A DNA stretch of 64,000 bases from Guillardia theta CCMP2712. Its lineage: Eukaryota > Protista > Cryptophyta. A model generated the notes under the pieces. It saw only the letters and a list, made by a program, of their open reading frames with translations, searched no databases and had not been told where the DNA came from. This document shows, one piece after another, positions 1 to 12,176 of this stretch. Where the stretch lies: NCBI RefSeq assembly GCF_000315625.1, contig NW_005434634.1:86531-150530 (forward strand), given 5' to 3'. The position numbers and the translations under genes were made by a program. Every line of letters starts with the position of its first letter. The first letter of the stretch is position 1.

Positions 1-95
1 TACTCCTTCCTCCCTCCTCCCCTCCTCTCCCCTCCTCTCCCCTCCTCTCCTCTCCCCTCCTCTCCTCTCCTCTCCTCTCCCCTCCTCTCCTCTCG
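1..95. repeat. (CCTCT)n/(CCT)n pyrimidine microsatellite
   Basis: Tandem CCTCT/CCCCT units are directly visible. Confidence 0.9.
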
Positions 96-592
96 TATCT
101 TCTCCTCTTCATGCCCTTCCATGGCTGCTTGTCGATTTGCGCTAAGCGGAAAACTGTCTTTTTTTCTTTTCTTTCTTTCTTTGACTGTAAAATATATCGG
201 TTAAACATTTAGAAACATAACCGTCGGGAGTCCGATATTCGGAGTCGGCGGCCAGTGGAAACGGTTCAGGTTGGCCTCCGAGGCTCCGGGCTCGGGCCCG
301 GCGCTGCGGCACCGGCAGCGATCGTCGGGTCCGCCTCATGAGAGGCTTCAAGTAGGCCCGGTCGCATTCAAGTAGTGATTTCCGAAGGTCAGAGTCGGAC
401 AGTACCACTACCGGTGGTAGATTTGTCACAGAGTTTGCACCAGCCCCGGCGTATCTTATAACCATCACCCCTTTTTCTTCTTTTTCAAGTACCGGTCCTC
501 GCTGGGCCTGCAGAGGACCCACCCTATCTACTGGAACAAATTTGGGCACCGTATGCCGTGGCGCAACCTGCTCCCCACCCCCTCACAGAGCA

Positions 593-3500
593 ATGCCCGA
601 AATACTTCTTAGGAAGATGATGCAGAACAAAGATGGGTGAAAGAGGAGGGGGAGCGCGCCCGCCGCCACTTGAAGGCAGATGCAGGCTGAGAAGAAGGGC
701 ATGATCGGAAGGAAGCTGAGGGGAGTAGAGCTCTCCATAGGAAGCAGCTAGTTTGAGCCAAAAGGAGGAGTCACAGTGGAGCAGTTCGAGGGGAAGCGCG
801 CAAGGGCGAGTGGAGGAAAATAGATGGGGTTCAGTAGCCCTGCGCATTGCGCGGACAGATGTACACTTAGACAGGGCAAATAAGTGCTGTGCAATATTTG
901 TGTGATGTGTCACAATAGCATCGCAAGGTTGTACAGAAATGCGAAGCGATCAGAGCGAGTTAGGATCTGAAATAGTCAAGCGAAATAGGAAGCACTTCTC
1001 GATGACATACAATCAAACAATGCTGGCAATTTCATGCAGATTGAAAGGTCAGTAGGCATTCAGAGCTGCAAGGAAAGAATCATCTGCATCGTGTTTTCTG
1101 TGCATGCGATGCCGAGGGAGATCAGCATTGGAGTTGATGACAGGCATTTGCAAGATGTTCTCCGATATTGTCAAGCTCCAGAAATTGTACTTGAGCATGC
1201 TCAGCTGCCCCGATGCAAACGGCGACTGGACGGGAAGCTTCGACGTTGATGTAAGATTAAGATCAAGATGTATAGATGCTTACAATTGTTGCAGTACAAC
1301 CTCGACGACGAGAAGCTTGATTCTAATCAGCTCAACTACATCGACCCATCTATGGGCAACTACGACAACCACTGGTCCACCACCTTTACTGTCGACACTT
1401 GCTCTGGATAAACTGGGCTGGTCAAATTGAAAGCCTGTCGGTAAACGTGAGATTGCTTTCCTTGGACAATGAAGGCAATATATTTTTAAATTACTCGCGT
1501 CTCAATACATCTTACCGTCCATACCATCCCCTCTTGTCTTCTTCACGACCAACCAAAGCTTTGCATCTGATTACGAGGGTTGAAGATGCAGTGAAGTATC
1601 AGATCCTTGGAATACGTCACAAACGGCTGAAAGCTTGCAATGAAACAGTTGCATCAATACCGATGCATATCGAACTTGATTATGCATACCGTTGGTTGCA
1701 TGCAAATCAGGTTGCAAACTGAAAATCATGCTCGTAATGTTGGATTTGAGTTTGTGAGATTTCATTGTTCTTTCAGGATCACAAATTATGATCAAACACG
1801 GAGAATGCAGATCGAATTAAAATTGCGATGATCTAGCTGATCTGAACAGTTTTCTTCTGAAGTTTTAACCCCCAGAAAGCACACCACGAACGACAAACGT
1901 GCTGCTTCGTGAAAATACAACCAGTCATACCTTTATCATGGAACTAAAATGCAACATCCAATTTAAAAATGCATTAGGCCAAGAATCATACAATCGTATT
2001 TGCCATACTAGTCTAGAATCAATCCTTGCATACCACAAACACCAAAGACTCGTATAATCATGATTGTCAGTCGTAGGTGGAAGTTTCTCCCTCCAATCTG
2101 TTCTATTTGCTCGGAGTCTAAAACATCAACTCATCGTGTGGGGTATGTTCAAACTGATGTGTTCAGCTCGGCCCGGCGCCTTCAATACATGCCTGTGATG
2201 GATAGTCATATAACCTTTCATCGACAACGATGAGTATTCTGAAATATAATATTTCAGAATCCTCCTCATCCAATGCTCGTACAAATGTATCGGAAGTTCA
2301 GTGACTATGCTCACACATAAAAGTCTCTTTCTCTGTCCCTTGCTATCGAGAAAGAAGTGCAGCATTGATGTCACGAGACACAAAGCGAGTTTTGAAACAT
2401 TTGGTAGACCCACAACATTTCAACCCTCGCACCGTCCATCGCTTGCGATGGAATACAGCACCCCTGAGGATCCGCACGCGTCTGAAATCTTGCAGTATTT
2501 TGTGCCATTTCGATGACAATTGGCAGTCGTATGTTTCTCATCAACATCAACCACGTGATTGAAGCTTTACGGCAATGTTGTTAGTTCCACTTGACGGGGA
2601 CTGCCTTCTCCTTCTTCCCACTTGCACTGAAAGAGGCACCTCCATAGGCAATAATTGGCTCAGATAGACCTTTGTTTCTTCCCTTCATGGTTTCAAAGAA
2701 ACGATCGACAGCCTTCCGTTTGTGAATCTAGTTATCCATTCTTATCTGCCCCATTTCTTCTTGCTGTAATGGATGTACAAGCCATCAAATATACCCAACA
2801 CCACGGTAAGTGACTCTTCAAAAGAATCGATGAGACATGTCTTGAAAGAAAAGTGCGCCCTTATTTCTTCGATATCTGTGACGGATTTCTGCCATTGTTT
2901 ATAATTTCTTCTGGTTCAATGAAATATGCGACTCATGGTAGAATTGTTTCCGAGTGAATCGATATCTCTTAATCTGACTCGTTTCTTGTGAATCAACAAC
3001 CTCAACCCCGCATATCAAAACGGTCTCATGTTGTTCGAGATCGTCATATAATAAATAATAGGAACTCCATAAAAGTGTTTAATGTACCCTACCCCCTGTA
3101 ATAAAGGGTGAAAATGCGTTCATTTGTTCAGCCTGGATAAATCTGATCAAAAGACGCAACGTTTATAATGAAACAAATCGAAAATAATTGTTTTCCACAA
3201 GAAATAGTCTAAAGATAGTGTGAGATCTCCATTCTGTTACATCCGACTGTCAAAAACGTTTTAATCGTCATGAAGAGTCGCAAGCTCAAGGTATCTCCAG
3301 CCCAACCCTACCGGAAGGAGTAGCAAAGGGTATCCACATGAACAGTCCCCCTACCCACAGTCCTACTCATTAGGGTACCTTGTATGTCTCCAAATCAATT
3401 CTCAATGAGACATGCCAACAACCTCATCTTTTTATAAACATTCATCTATTGAAAAGAGCCTACCCATGGCTCTATTCCTTCAATGATATACCACCCCCTA

Positions 3501-4579
3501 TGGTGTGGTTGGGATACCTACCCGAGTGAGATACCCAGGTCATAAAGAACACCTGCATGCGGTGTACCCACCCCCACGTGGTTGTCGTGATCCGCCGGGT
3601 CCCATGGGGAGATGGAGATCGAACCCCTGTTGCAGCCACTGCTTTAAAAGGTTTTTGCTGTCAAAGGTTGTGAAATTGCGACGTGTCATTGATACAAATT
3701 GGGATTTACAGCGAAAAGTTCAATTGGTGGGTTCATTATTTGAAATTCACAAGGCAATGTTCAAATAGGAAATTGTACATGTTTGATGCGCCCCATCAAG
3801 GGGGGCGTAGACATGGGGGTGGTTGAGGGGCAGTGCACACAGGCAGGGAGGGGTTAGGAGAGGGTTTCCCCTACTATATGGGGGTTTAAGACAGGTGGGG
3901 TCATGAGACGAATGGGATACTCTCCATCTTTATGGGAAATACAGGGGTAGGGTAAATATGGATAGGGGTGGGGTCATCAGTAGTAAATCCAGTCGTGGCA
4001 GCCAATATAGTCAAATTCTAGTTTGGGTTGGGGACCATGCAAGGTGGGTAGTTGAGGGCCACATGTTATCTTGGGGGTAGGGTTATACCATGAGAGGGGT
4101 AGAGTGGAATTTCTTTCCTTGAATAGGAAGGTCAGAAGCACCGGTACAAAGAAGGTAACTTCTCTGGAAATAGTACGGTGATGGGGTGGGTAGGTCAAAA
4201 TGGTAGATAGTACCATTTCTTGTAGGGTGTATTCCACTCGATGTGCATTTTCATGTAGGGTAGGGTGGGCGTGGACAGGGTGGGGTCGTATGTCGGGGGT
4301 TAAATCCGGAGAAGGGGTGGTAGAAAGATGCAGATGAACAGACGGGTGGGGGTAGTCTCTCCAATGATGTGGGCGGGAGAAATGAGACCGGTTGTAGAGG
4401 AGAGCAGGAAATGAGATCATGAAGCCTAAGATTTGCAGGAGCAGGAGAAGGGACACAATCAGCAACAGCAGGATATGCAGAGATATCAGCAGGGATTGAT
4501 GCAGTAGTGGAAGGGGCAGGCGAAGGGGCAGCAGAACTGGCAATGGTCCACAGTACGTCCGAAAGAGAACGGATAGAGA

Positions 4580-4628
<49 letters not shown>

Positions 4629-6908
4629 TTATAATGATAACGAGATTCGAGAGCAAGTATAGATAACGAGATTCGAGTAATGATAACGAGATTCGAGTAA
4701 TGATAACGAGATTCGAGAGCAAGTATAGCGAGAGTGGAAGAAGTTGAACAAGGACCTTGAGGAAAACAATGCTGAAACAGGGGATCATCGGGTCCAAGCA
4801 ATGAGACATCCTGTCAGAGTAAAACTAGAGGTCCTTTTCAGGAGTGACCTGTGGAATCAGATCCTATGCACATGCAGAAACTAAGACAATAAATTAGACT
4901 GGAAGAGTCTTGATATGGATCTGAATTGTGGTAGGATGGGAGGTTGCTGGAGAGATGTGAAATAGTTCACTGGAATGAGATTTCGATGATCATGGACAGG
5001 AAACAGAGGGGCCGATGTTGTTATTGAATATATGTAGAGAGAATTTAGGCATAGATCATGTTTGGGAAATTCTGCCAAGTGTGAATCGAAGTAGAGAGGT
5101 TCAAGAAAAAGTCTCTTGTCGCTTTGACATTGACTCATATATGCTAATGCGAGGGAAACGATCGATGGATCCAAACGAACACCTGACTTGATTCTGTCAT
5201 TTTCTTCTGTTCTCCACAACCATGTTTGTACTACTTGTGAATGACATTCGTTTGAAGCAGTTTACTCTCAAATTTCACGAGCAAGGAGAGATCTGTCAAC
5301 AAATTCCACTTTAGCAAATCTGGTGTTCCAACAACTTAGTTCAGCACGTTCTTGATGCTCTCAGCTCAGAAACCTCTCTCTGCCCTCTTGGCACAGGAGT
5401 ACAAGCCCTCTCTTGTATCGCTGGAGGAGGAGGGGGTTTACGGCATAGCAAGAGTTTTCTTTCATGCTACAACCAAGCTTTCGGATGACACAGAAGACAT
5501 TTTACCTCAAGAAGACGGAGAGAACATGAAGCTATCAGTCTTTGGTGTGTTTGCAGAGCTGTTCCCAGAAGCCGTTGGTGAACACGGCGCTAGCGGTAAT
5601 CTTTGATTATCCTGCTATCTCTCTTATGCCTTGACTCCTTCAGCCAAAACAAAGATTGAGGTTGCATTTCAACAAAGTAGGGTATTCTATATATGGCAAG
5701 GAGCAAAGCAGAAGGGTCCCGTCACTGAGGGCCAAGCCTGGCAATCCTGGGTACGGTTTCCGACGAGCAAGATGGAGGGATACTGTCGATGATGCAACCG
5801 ATGGGAAGCATTGCTCCAAGGTAGCACTGTGAGGGACATACCGATGAATAACGTGGTGGGCAGATTCTCAGCGATGCAGGTTTCGACCTTGAAAAAGTCA
5901 ACAAGGTGAAGGAGAGGATCCAAGAGGTCAGACATCTGTGGGATGCAATCAGACGACCGTCTCGTCCGGCCGGCCCCGGCCGACCAAGGCGTATGGAACC
6001 CATGAGAATGCTAGGCAGCTCCGTTCCTCATGACGACCTTGCTGTGGCGGACCCTGCGGAGCCCAGACAGACGAGTCCGACGTTACAGGAGATTTCAAGC
6101 CAAACTAAAGTGAGCATGAGCGATGAAATGTTTGATCCTCTGACATTGGCCATTGAAGTCTCCACAGGGCGTGACTGCTTGCGGTGCGCCGGGGCACACT
6201 GCGTCGGGTATTGAGACGCATCCTGCCATGCGGTCCCCGTGTGTTCAAGCTTCTCCTTCGCTGAAGAGGTATGCCGTCTGCGAGTGAGCTTAGAGCTGAT
6301 CCCCAGCGCCCAGATGCAGGGAGGATGATCTGACTCCAAGCTTATATCCTCGCCTCACCTCCCTCAAGGTACGATTGCGTGAGGATTTTTCAAGGTGTTG
6401 ACAAGTTACAAGCTTCTGTCTCCTGCCAAGAGCCCTTTCGGGACCATCTGCGATTCGTTCAAGCACTCGCCTCTCGGAAGAGACACGCCCACCTGTCTGC
6501 GACCCTCACCCAACGGCGAGACGGACAACATTGAGAAGGAGAGTCTCAAGTTGCCTCCTTTGGCTTTGCCTCCAATGGCGAAAGCCTGTTCACAGGTTTG
6601 TTTGCTGCCCGCATCTGCCTCTCCACTAAATGTCTGAGCAGCCGCGAGGGCTGCTAGAGTTGGAGCGATCGCTGGACAACGAAAACCACAGATGCAGGTA
6701 CCCATCGCCTGCCTCCTTCCTCGTGTCTGATCGATGACTCAGGCTGATCATCCACGACAAAAGCGACGCTGCAGAGCTGAAGAAGGAGTTTCAGGTGCGT
6801 TGTGAACGAGTGGAGAAGGTTCGTTGAGATATCCGACAGGTTCTGACTGCACTCGAGTTCCTCGCATCGACTGCACTCGAATGCAGCACAAAGGAAATTT
6901 CTCGTTAG
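593..6908 (+). CDS. Hypothetical multi-exon protein(s), unresolved; may be more than one gene or partly decayed
   Basis: Protein-like + strand fragments bounded by GT/AG: MPEILLRKMMQNKDG (593), RSALELMTGICKMFSDIVKLQK (~1120), QEYKPSLVSLEEEGVYGIARVFFHA (5395), ILSDAGFDLEKVNKVKERIQE (~5865), VLTALEFLASTALECSTKEISR* (to ~6908). No family motif recognised. Interrupted by the 3.1-4.4 kb repeat island. Confidence 0.3.
3080..4380. repeat. TACCCC/GGGGTA-rich degenerate repeat island, C-rich then G-rich on +
   Basis: Many taccc/acccc motifs at 3080-3580 and ggggt/gggtag motifs at 3780-4380. Same texture as the other islands in the window. Confidence 0.55.
4580..4728. repeat. (GCAGGA)n microsatellite followed by a ~19-bp tandem repeat ((TAAT)GATAACGAGATTCGAG, about 4 copies)
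   Basis: Directly visible. Confidence 0.85.
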
Positions 6909-6997
6909 CCTTGTGGCAAGGGACGAAATCTCCCGCACAAGCCTAATTTAATACATTCGATAGAAACCTAGAGGTCGACGTCACCGCCGCCTGACCT

Positions 6998-9900
6998 TTA
7001 CAGCTCCTGGCGCTTCGCCTTCGCTGCCTGTTTCGAGTGGATGGATCAGCTCGTGTGGACTGACTGCAGGATCTACCTCCACCATCTTCTCGATGTGCTC
7101 TGCTGCTCTGTTCAGCTGGACTGCTGCTGGCTGTTCCGTCCTCAGGAAGGAGCAGAGAACTTGTCAATCCGTACCTCAAGGGAGCCCTGAAGCTTCTTCA
7201 CCTAGTGAGGAAAGTCAGCGAGGAGTAGGAGAAGGAGGATGAGGAGGGGTGATAGCTCGAGCTCTTACCGCTGCCTTGAAGCGCAGAGCCGCTGCTTCGT
7301 ACGCGTCCTCGCCCTGTAGGAGCCGTCAGGGGAGCGCGAGAATGACACCTACTTGAGACTTCGCGTTTGACGGCCGGCAAGTTGAAAGTTTCCTTCACCT
7401 GCTCTTCATGCTCAGAGGAGGGTGTGAGGGAGGAAGGCCATGATAGATGTTGGGGAGGAAGGTGAAGGGAAGGGAGGCTGAGAGCGAAGCCAAGGAGGCG
7501 AAGGTCGAGGAGGAGGGAAGGGGGAGAAAGGGAGCGGAGGGAAGTGACGAGGAGGGCAAAGGGGGAGCGCACAGTGCGAACGATGTCCTTGAGTCCCCGC
7601 ATCTTCTCCGAGAGGTCTATCGGCTGCTGCTGTTTCAATCCCTTGGGAAATGCGAGGACAGTCGGGAAGCCTCCAACCTGTGAAATGTCAGTCACATCCA
7701 TCCTCCCCGCTCTCCTTCTGTCCGTTCCGCCCCTCCCCCCCCCCCCCTTCCCTCCCTCCTTCCCTCCCTCCCTCCCTCCCAACGACGACGGCCTCACTTC
7801 CTCCTTCAACCCACATTGATGTCCTCAGCTTCGTTGCTGGTCCCATCCATCTTGGCAAAGATCACGTCCCCAGGGTACTTGTCGTCAAAATACTCAGCCG
7901 CCTGCACTCACGTCAGTCCCATCTCCCTCCCTCCCTGCCTGCCTCCCTGCCTGCCTCCCTTCCCCTTATCCTCTCCCTCCCTCCCTCCCGGAGTCCCTCC
8001 CTCCCTTCCCTCCTGTTCCCCCCCCCCCCCCCACGGCCTCCCTCCTTGCCTCCTTCCCCCCCTCTTCTCTCCCTCCCACCCTCCCTCCTACTGTCACGTA
8101 CTCGAGAAGTGGCCCGCACCCTAGTAGNNNNNNNNNNNNNNNNNNNNNNNNNNNNNNNNNNNNNNNNNNNNNNNNNNNNNNNNNNNNNNNNNNNNNNNNN
8201 NNNNNNNNNNNNNNNNNNNNNNNNNNNCTCCCCTCCCTCCTCCCTCCCTCCTTTCCCTTCCCTCCTTCCTCCCCTCCCCTCCCTCTCCCCTCTTCCCCCC
8301 TCCCTCCCCCTCCCTCTTCCTTTCATAGCTCACCTGGTTGACGAACTCCTTCCATTGGGACGACGCGAGCTCTTTGACCACTCCCTTGTCCCATCCTTCC
8401 TGCACAGGGCTCGACTGCAGGACAAGAACGAGTGAACATCAGAGTTGCGTGCAGCAGCAACACGAAACCTTGAGAAAGATCGGAGCCTTGTTGTTCTCGA
8501 AGTCCGACAAGAAGTTTTTGATCGCATCCAACGTCACCACACCCTGACATGTCCTCAACACTTCGCGCCATCGGCTAACAGGTCACGAGCACCTGTTGCC
8601 GGTACTTCTTCATGTTCTGGACGTTCAAGATGAAGAGCTCTACGACAAGAACCAGCGTCACCTCGACTCATCCTCCTCCTCCTCGACCCGCCCCACCGCT
8701 CTCCTTCTTTCCCTTCTCTGCTCCGATGAAAGTGGCAAACTCTGGATCCGCCTGCTCCGAAAACTTTCATCACCACACGACATCACGGCAGCACCAGCTG
8801 CTCCACCTGCTCCCCGATGACCGCAAAGATATACTTGCCCCTGCACAAGGATAAGGAGGAGGAGAGGGGGAGGAGGCAAGGACCAGGACAAGCACGGGGA
8901 GGCGGGGAGACGGACGAGGAGGAGGACGGGGAGGAGGGGAGAGGAGAGGAGAGGAGGGGAGAGGAGAGGAGGGGAGAGGAGAGGAGAGGAGAGGAGAGGA
9001 GAGGAGAGGAGAGGAGAGGAGAGGAGAGGAGAGGAGAGGAGAGGAGAGGAGAGGAGAGGAGAGGAGGGGAGGGGAGGGGAGGGGAGAGGAGACCTAAATT
9101 GCATGAGGTCCGAGGCTTCCTTGAAGGCTGACAGGCTTTTTTCGTTGGGGTTGAACAAAAAGATCTGGAAGTCGAGTGAGGAGGAGGACAAGGCTGACAA
9201 GAGTGAAGAAGAGGAGTAGGAATGAGAGTAAGGGGGAGAGTAAGGGGGAGAGAAGGAAGGACCTGGAGGAAGACGAAGAGGAGGAGGAGGTGGTGGTGGT
9301 GGTGGTGGAGAAGAGCGGGGGAGAGAGGTTGGGTGAGGTGGAAGAAGAGGAGAGGAGGAGGAGACCTTGGGGAGCTGGTTCTCAAAGATGAGAGGAGTAG
9401 TCTCCACCGACATGGTTATCAACCTCGGTCTGCAGGCTAAAGTCATAGGGGCCAACCTGAATGACGTCTTTCAACCTGGCATGCACTTTGACAGCATTCA
9501 AAATCTCCGACTTGTCGAACTTGCCGTCATACACGACCTTGTTCTCATCGAAGTCACGGTAGAACAAGAGCGCTGGCTCCTTGGCGCCCTCCTGCTGAGC
9601 AAGCGCTGGTTTGTGAACGACGAAGTAATCGTAGATTTGATCCTCCTCCGCTGCCTCCAGGAACGCTTTGTACTCGTCGGATTTTTCGTCCTGGAAGAAT
9701 CCGACAACGCTGAACCTTCGCTTCTTCAGCTCCTCCAGCTGCCCCTCGTCCTCAATCTTGTTCGCGGGAGGCCCGCTGTTCTTCTTCACCCACCGCACGA
9801 TCTCCTCCTTGCGCCGAACCATGGGGTTCTTGTCATACAGCACACCTCCCACAAACCACTTGAGCGTTGGGAAACCTTCTACCCCGTAGAGCTTCCCCAG

Positions 9901-10529
9901 GTACTCGCTCTCGCTGGCTGTAGCATCAACCTGCGCTCCCTGGTGACCTCCTCACTCCGCGCTCATCGCGCCCTCACCTTGACCAGCTTCACGTCGGGAG
10001 GATCTCTGCTAGCTCTGTCGCCGCCTTCGCATACTCGGGAGCGAGGTTCTTGCAGTGACCGCACCATCTGCATTCCCCCACACGTCACAAAGAGCATGAT
10101 GACGAATCAACCACTCACGGAGCATAGAACTCCACAAGGGCGAACTTAAACTTCTTGATTCCCTGCCATCCTCTCAGCACCTGTGACAAGCCTCGTTCCT
10201 CACAAACCTCTTGGAAGTTGTTTCCATTGAGCTCAAGAACGTCTTTCTCGTCGAAACTCTCTTGAGCTTGCCTTGCCATGGAATCAGTAGGGTTGCCTCG
10301 CACAGTGAGCAACTATGAATGTGCAGAAACTTGACATGTGTCTGATAAAAGTGTATTTGGGAGCTTGTGATCATGATGATCGTGATGATCGTCAAGAATG
10401 CAGCTATGGTTGCTCATTGCTGTTTGCTAGTGCTGGCACTGCTTCATGTTGCTCTTACATGTCCATGGCGCCTGCACGTGTCGCCACTAGCAGCAGGAGC
10501 AGCAGCATCGATCGCCGCATCCCGACCAT
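6998..10529 (-). CDS. PDI: Protein disulfide isomerase (PDIA1/PDIA3-like, ER lumen)
   Basis: Signal peptide MVGMRRSMLLLLLLVATRAGA. ALVEFYAP-[intron]-WCGHCKNLAPEYAKAATEL thioredoxin site. b-domain VVGFFQDEKSDEYKAFLEAA. a'-like VIFAKMDGTSNE and VGGFPTVLAFP. Ends AAKAKRQEL* (KDEL-like). The second active site probably lies in or near the N-gap at 8128-8227. Confidence 0.92.
8128..8227. other. Assembly gap (N run). Other gaps are at 26457-26825, 29298-29485 and 36177-36276
   Basis: N characters. Each gap is adjacent to simple-repeat tracts. Confidence 0.99.
8930..9092. repeat. (GAGGA)n microsatellite in a PDI intron
   Basis: Directly visible. Confidence 0.9.
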
Positions 10530-10599
10530 CTCCACGTCAGATCCGGTTCTATGCAACAACAAACCGTTTCATTGCAACCGGTGATATTAACGGAAACTC

Positions 10600-11510
10600 G
10601 GGGCCCTGACCCTGAGAGTCGGACTCCGGGGCGGGCCCTCGTCTGATCACGTCCCTCAAGTCAACTTTTCTGCACTTTTCCGCCGGCTACAGTTGATCAG
10701 GAGTACCCCTTCCCTCCCCTCTTAGTACCCACCCAGTGTCTAAGTGAACTTCGGAATGCTAACCCACTGTTTCAAATCATAGAATGCAAGGTGTAGTGGA
10801 CCCCTACCCCTTCATTGACCACAAATCACCCTTGACATTATGAGGCATATCCAGGCAATGCCAGCCACCCCACCCCACTGGAAGCCGGACAGTCATTAAC
10901 TTAGGCTCGCCTCAGAATCTCGCCGGGATTTTTTATTAATTTTCACTCAAACGCCTAAAGGCAACAACCCCCTATTCCCCAGGTCACCACCCCCTTTAAT
11001 TCCTTGACCCACCCCTCTCCACTGCGGCCCGTACCCCTTTCCCCTGAGTTTTTTTTGCAAAATGATCCAAAACCGCAACCATTCACTAAGTTCCTCATAC
11101 CCACCCCCGATTCAGATGACCCAACCGAAGTGAAAGGTACCCGTGCATCTCACTCTAAAAGTACCCCTCCGTCTAACGTTTCATCACCCTGTAGCCGTCA
11201 TCTACAAACAACGCACCACACCCCCACCCATTTCAATGAGCTATCTTTGCACCCCTACCACCTCCAAAAGACCAGTCATCCACCACCTCTCATGGTAGTA
11301 CCCCATCTTCCAATTACAAAAACATTGGTAGTCAAGGAGTTTCATGACCCCACCCCCTTGCTACTCTCAACCTTTTTTTCCAGGCTCTATTTACTATCCA
11401 GAACTACCCCCACCTAGACTTCTATTTTTTTCTCACACAACCCACCCCTGTATTGAAGACATAACGTCCTAAAACGTACCCCTGCTTGAGATTACCCTAC
11501 CCATCACCAT
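10600..11510. repeat. TACCCC/CACCCC-rich island in the divergent PDI/Ca-channel intergenic region
   Basis: Dense taccc/acccc motifs, starting with a GC-rich palindromic patch (gggccc...gggccc). Confidence 0.55.
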
Positions 11511-12176
11511 TCCTCATTTTTCCAACAGCAATCAGCTTTCGACATGTCGGTACCTCACTGTGTGCGGGAGAGCAGCAGGTGAGACCGAGACTACATCTTT
11601 CCTTCTCTCCTCCTCCTCCTCCTCCTCCTCCTCCTCCTCTGGCTCTCTGATCCACCCTTCTCCTCCTTCCTCCGGACCTTCACGCCCTTTCTATCTTCTC
11701 AAGTGCCTTGCTGCCCAGAATCCTGGTGCCTTGCTGCCCAGAATCCCTCTTAGTACGATGTCGAATGACCCCTTGCCTGCCCTGATTCTTCGGTCATTCC
11801 TTCCATGAAATAACATGGGCTCTATGCTTGTCTGAACAATGTCTCCTTTTGTATTGATAACAATGATGTTCACCTGCTTGCATCATCCCTTGAGTTCCAC
11901 TCATCCATTGGCAGTGCTCACCCCAGAACGTCCGCTAACATATCCATCCTCTTGTCATCTGTTTGTGCTGTCCACGTGGCCTTCTTTCCTAGTATGCCTT
12001 GAATCTTGCTGATTTATTTCCTTCTTCAGCTCCTATCAGGCTTGATATTCAGCCCTCCTTTGTCTACAGTGGGTTCGGAATGCAGGATTTGACAAGGAGT
12101 TTGGCTTGATAGCAGTACATTTCACCACAGATTGTGCATCAAGAGCTGGCTTTTTGTGGAACAATCTGCTAGAACC

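Noticed and set aside
3977-4801. 274-aa minus-strand ORF as a real gene
   Set aside because: It is built from the tandem repeats and the G-rich island, with no domain-like sequence.
7650-9455. Pro/Ser-rich and Gly/Glu/Arg-rich ORFs
   Set aside because: They are read-through of intronic microsatellites and an N-gap in the PDI gene.
9367-10149. 260-aa + strand ORF
   Set aside because: It is the antisense shadow of GC3-rich PDI exons. The same applies to 61652-62269 opposite the PDZ-SH3 gene.
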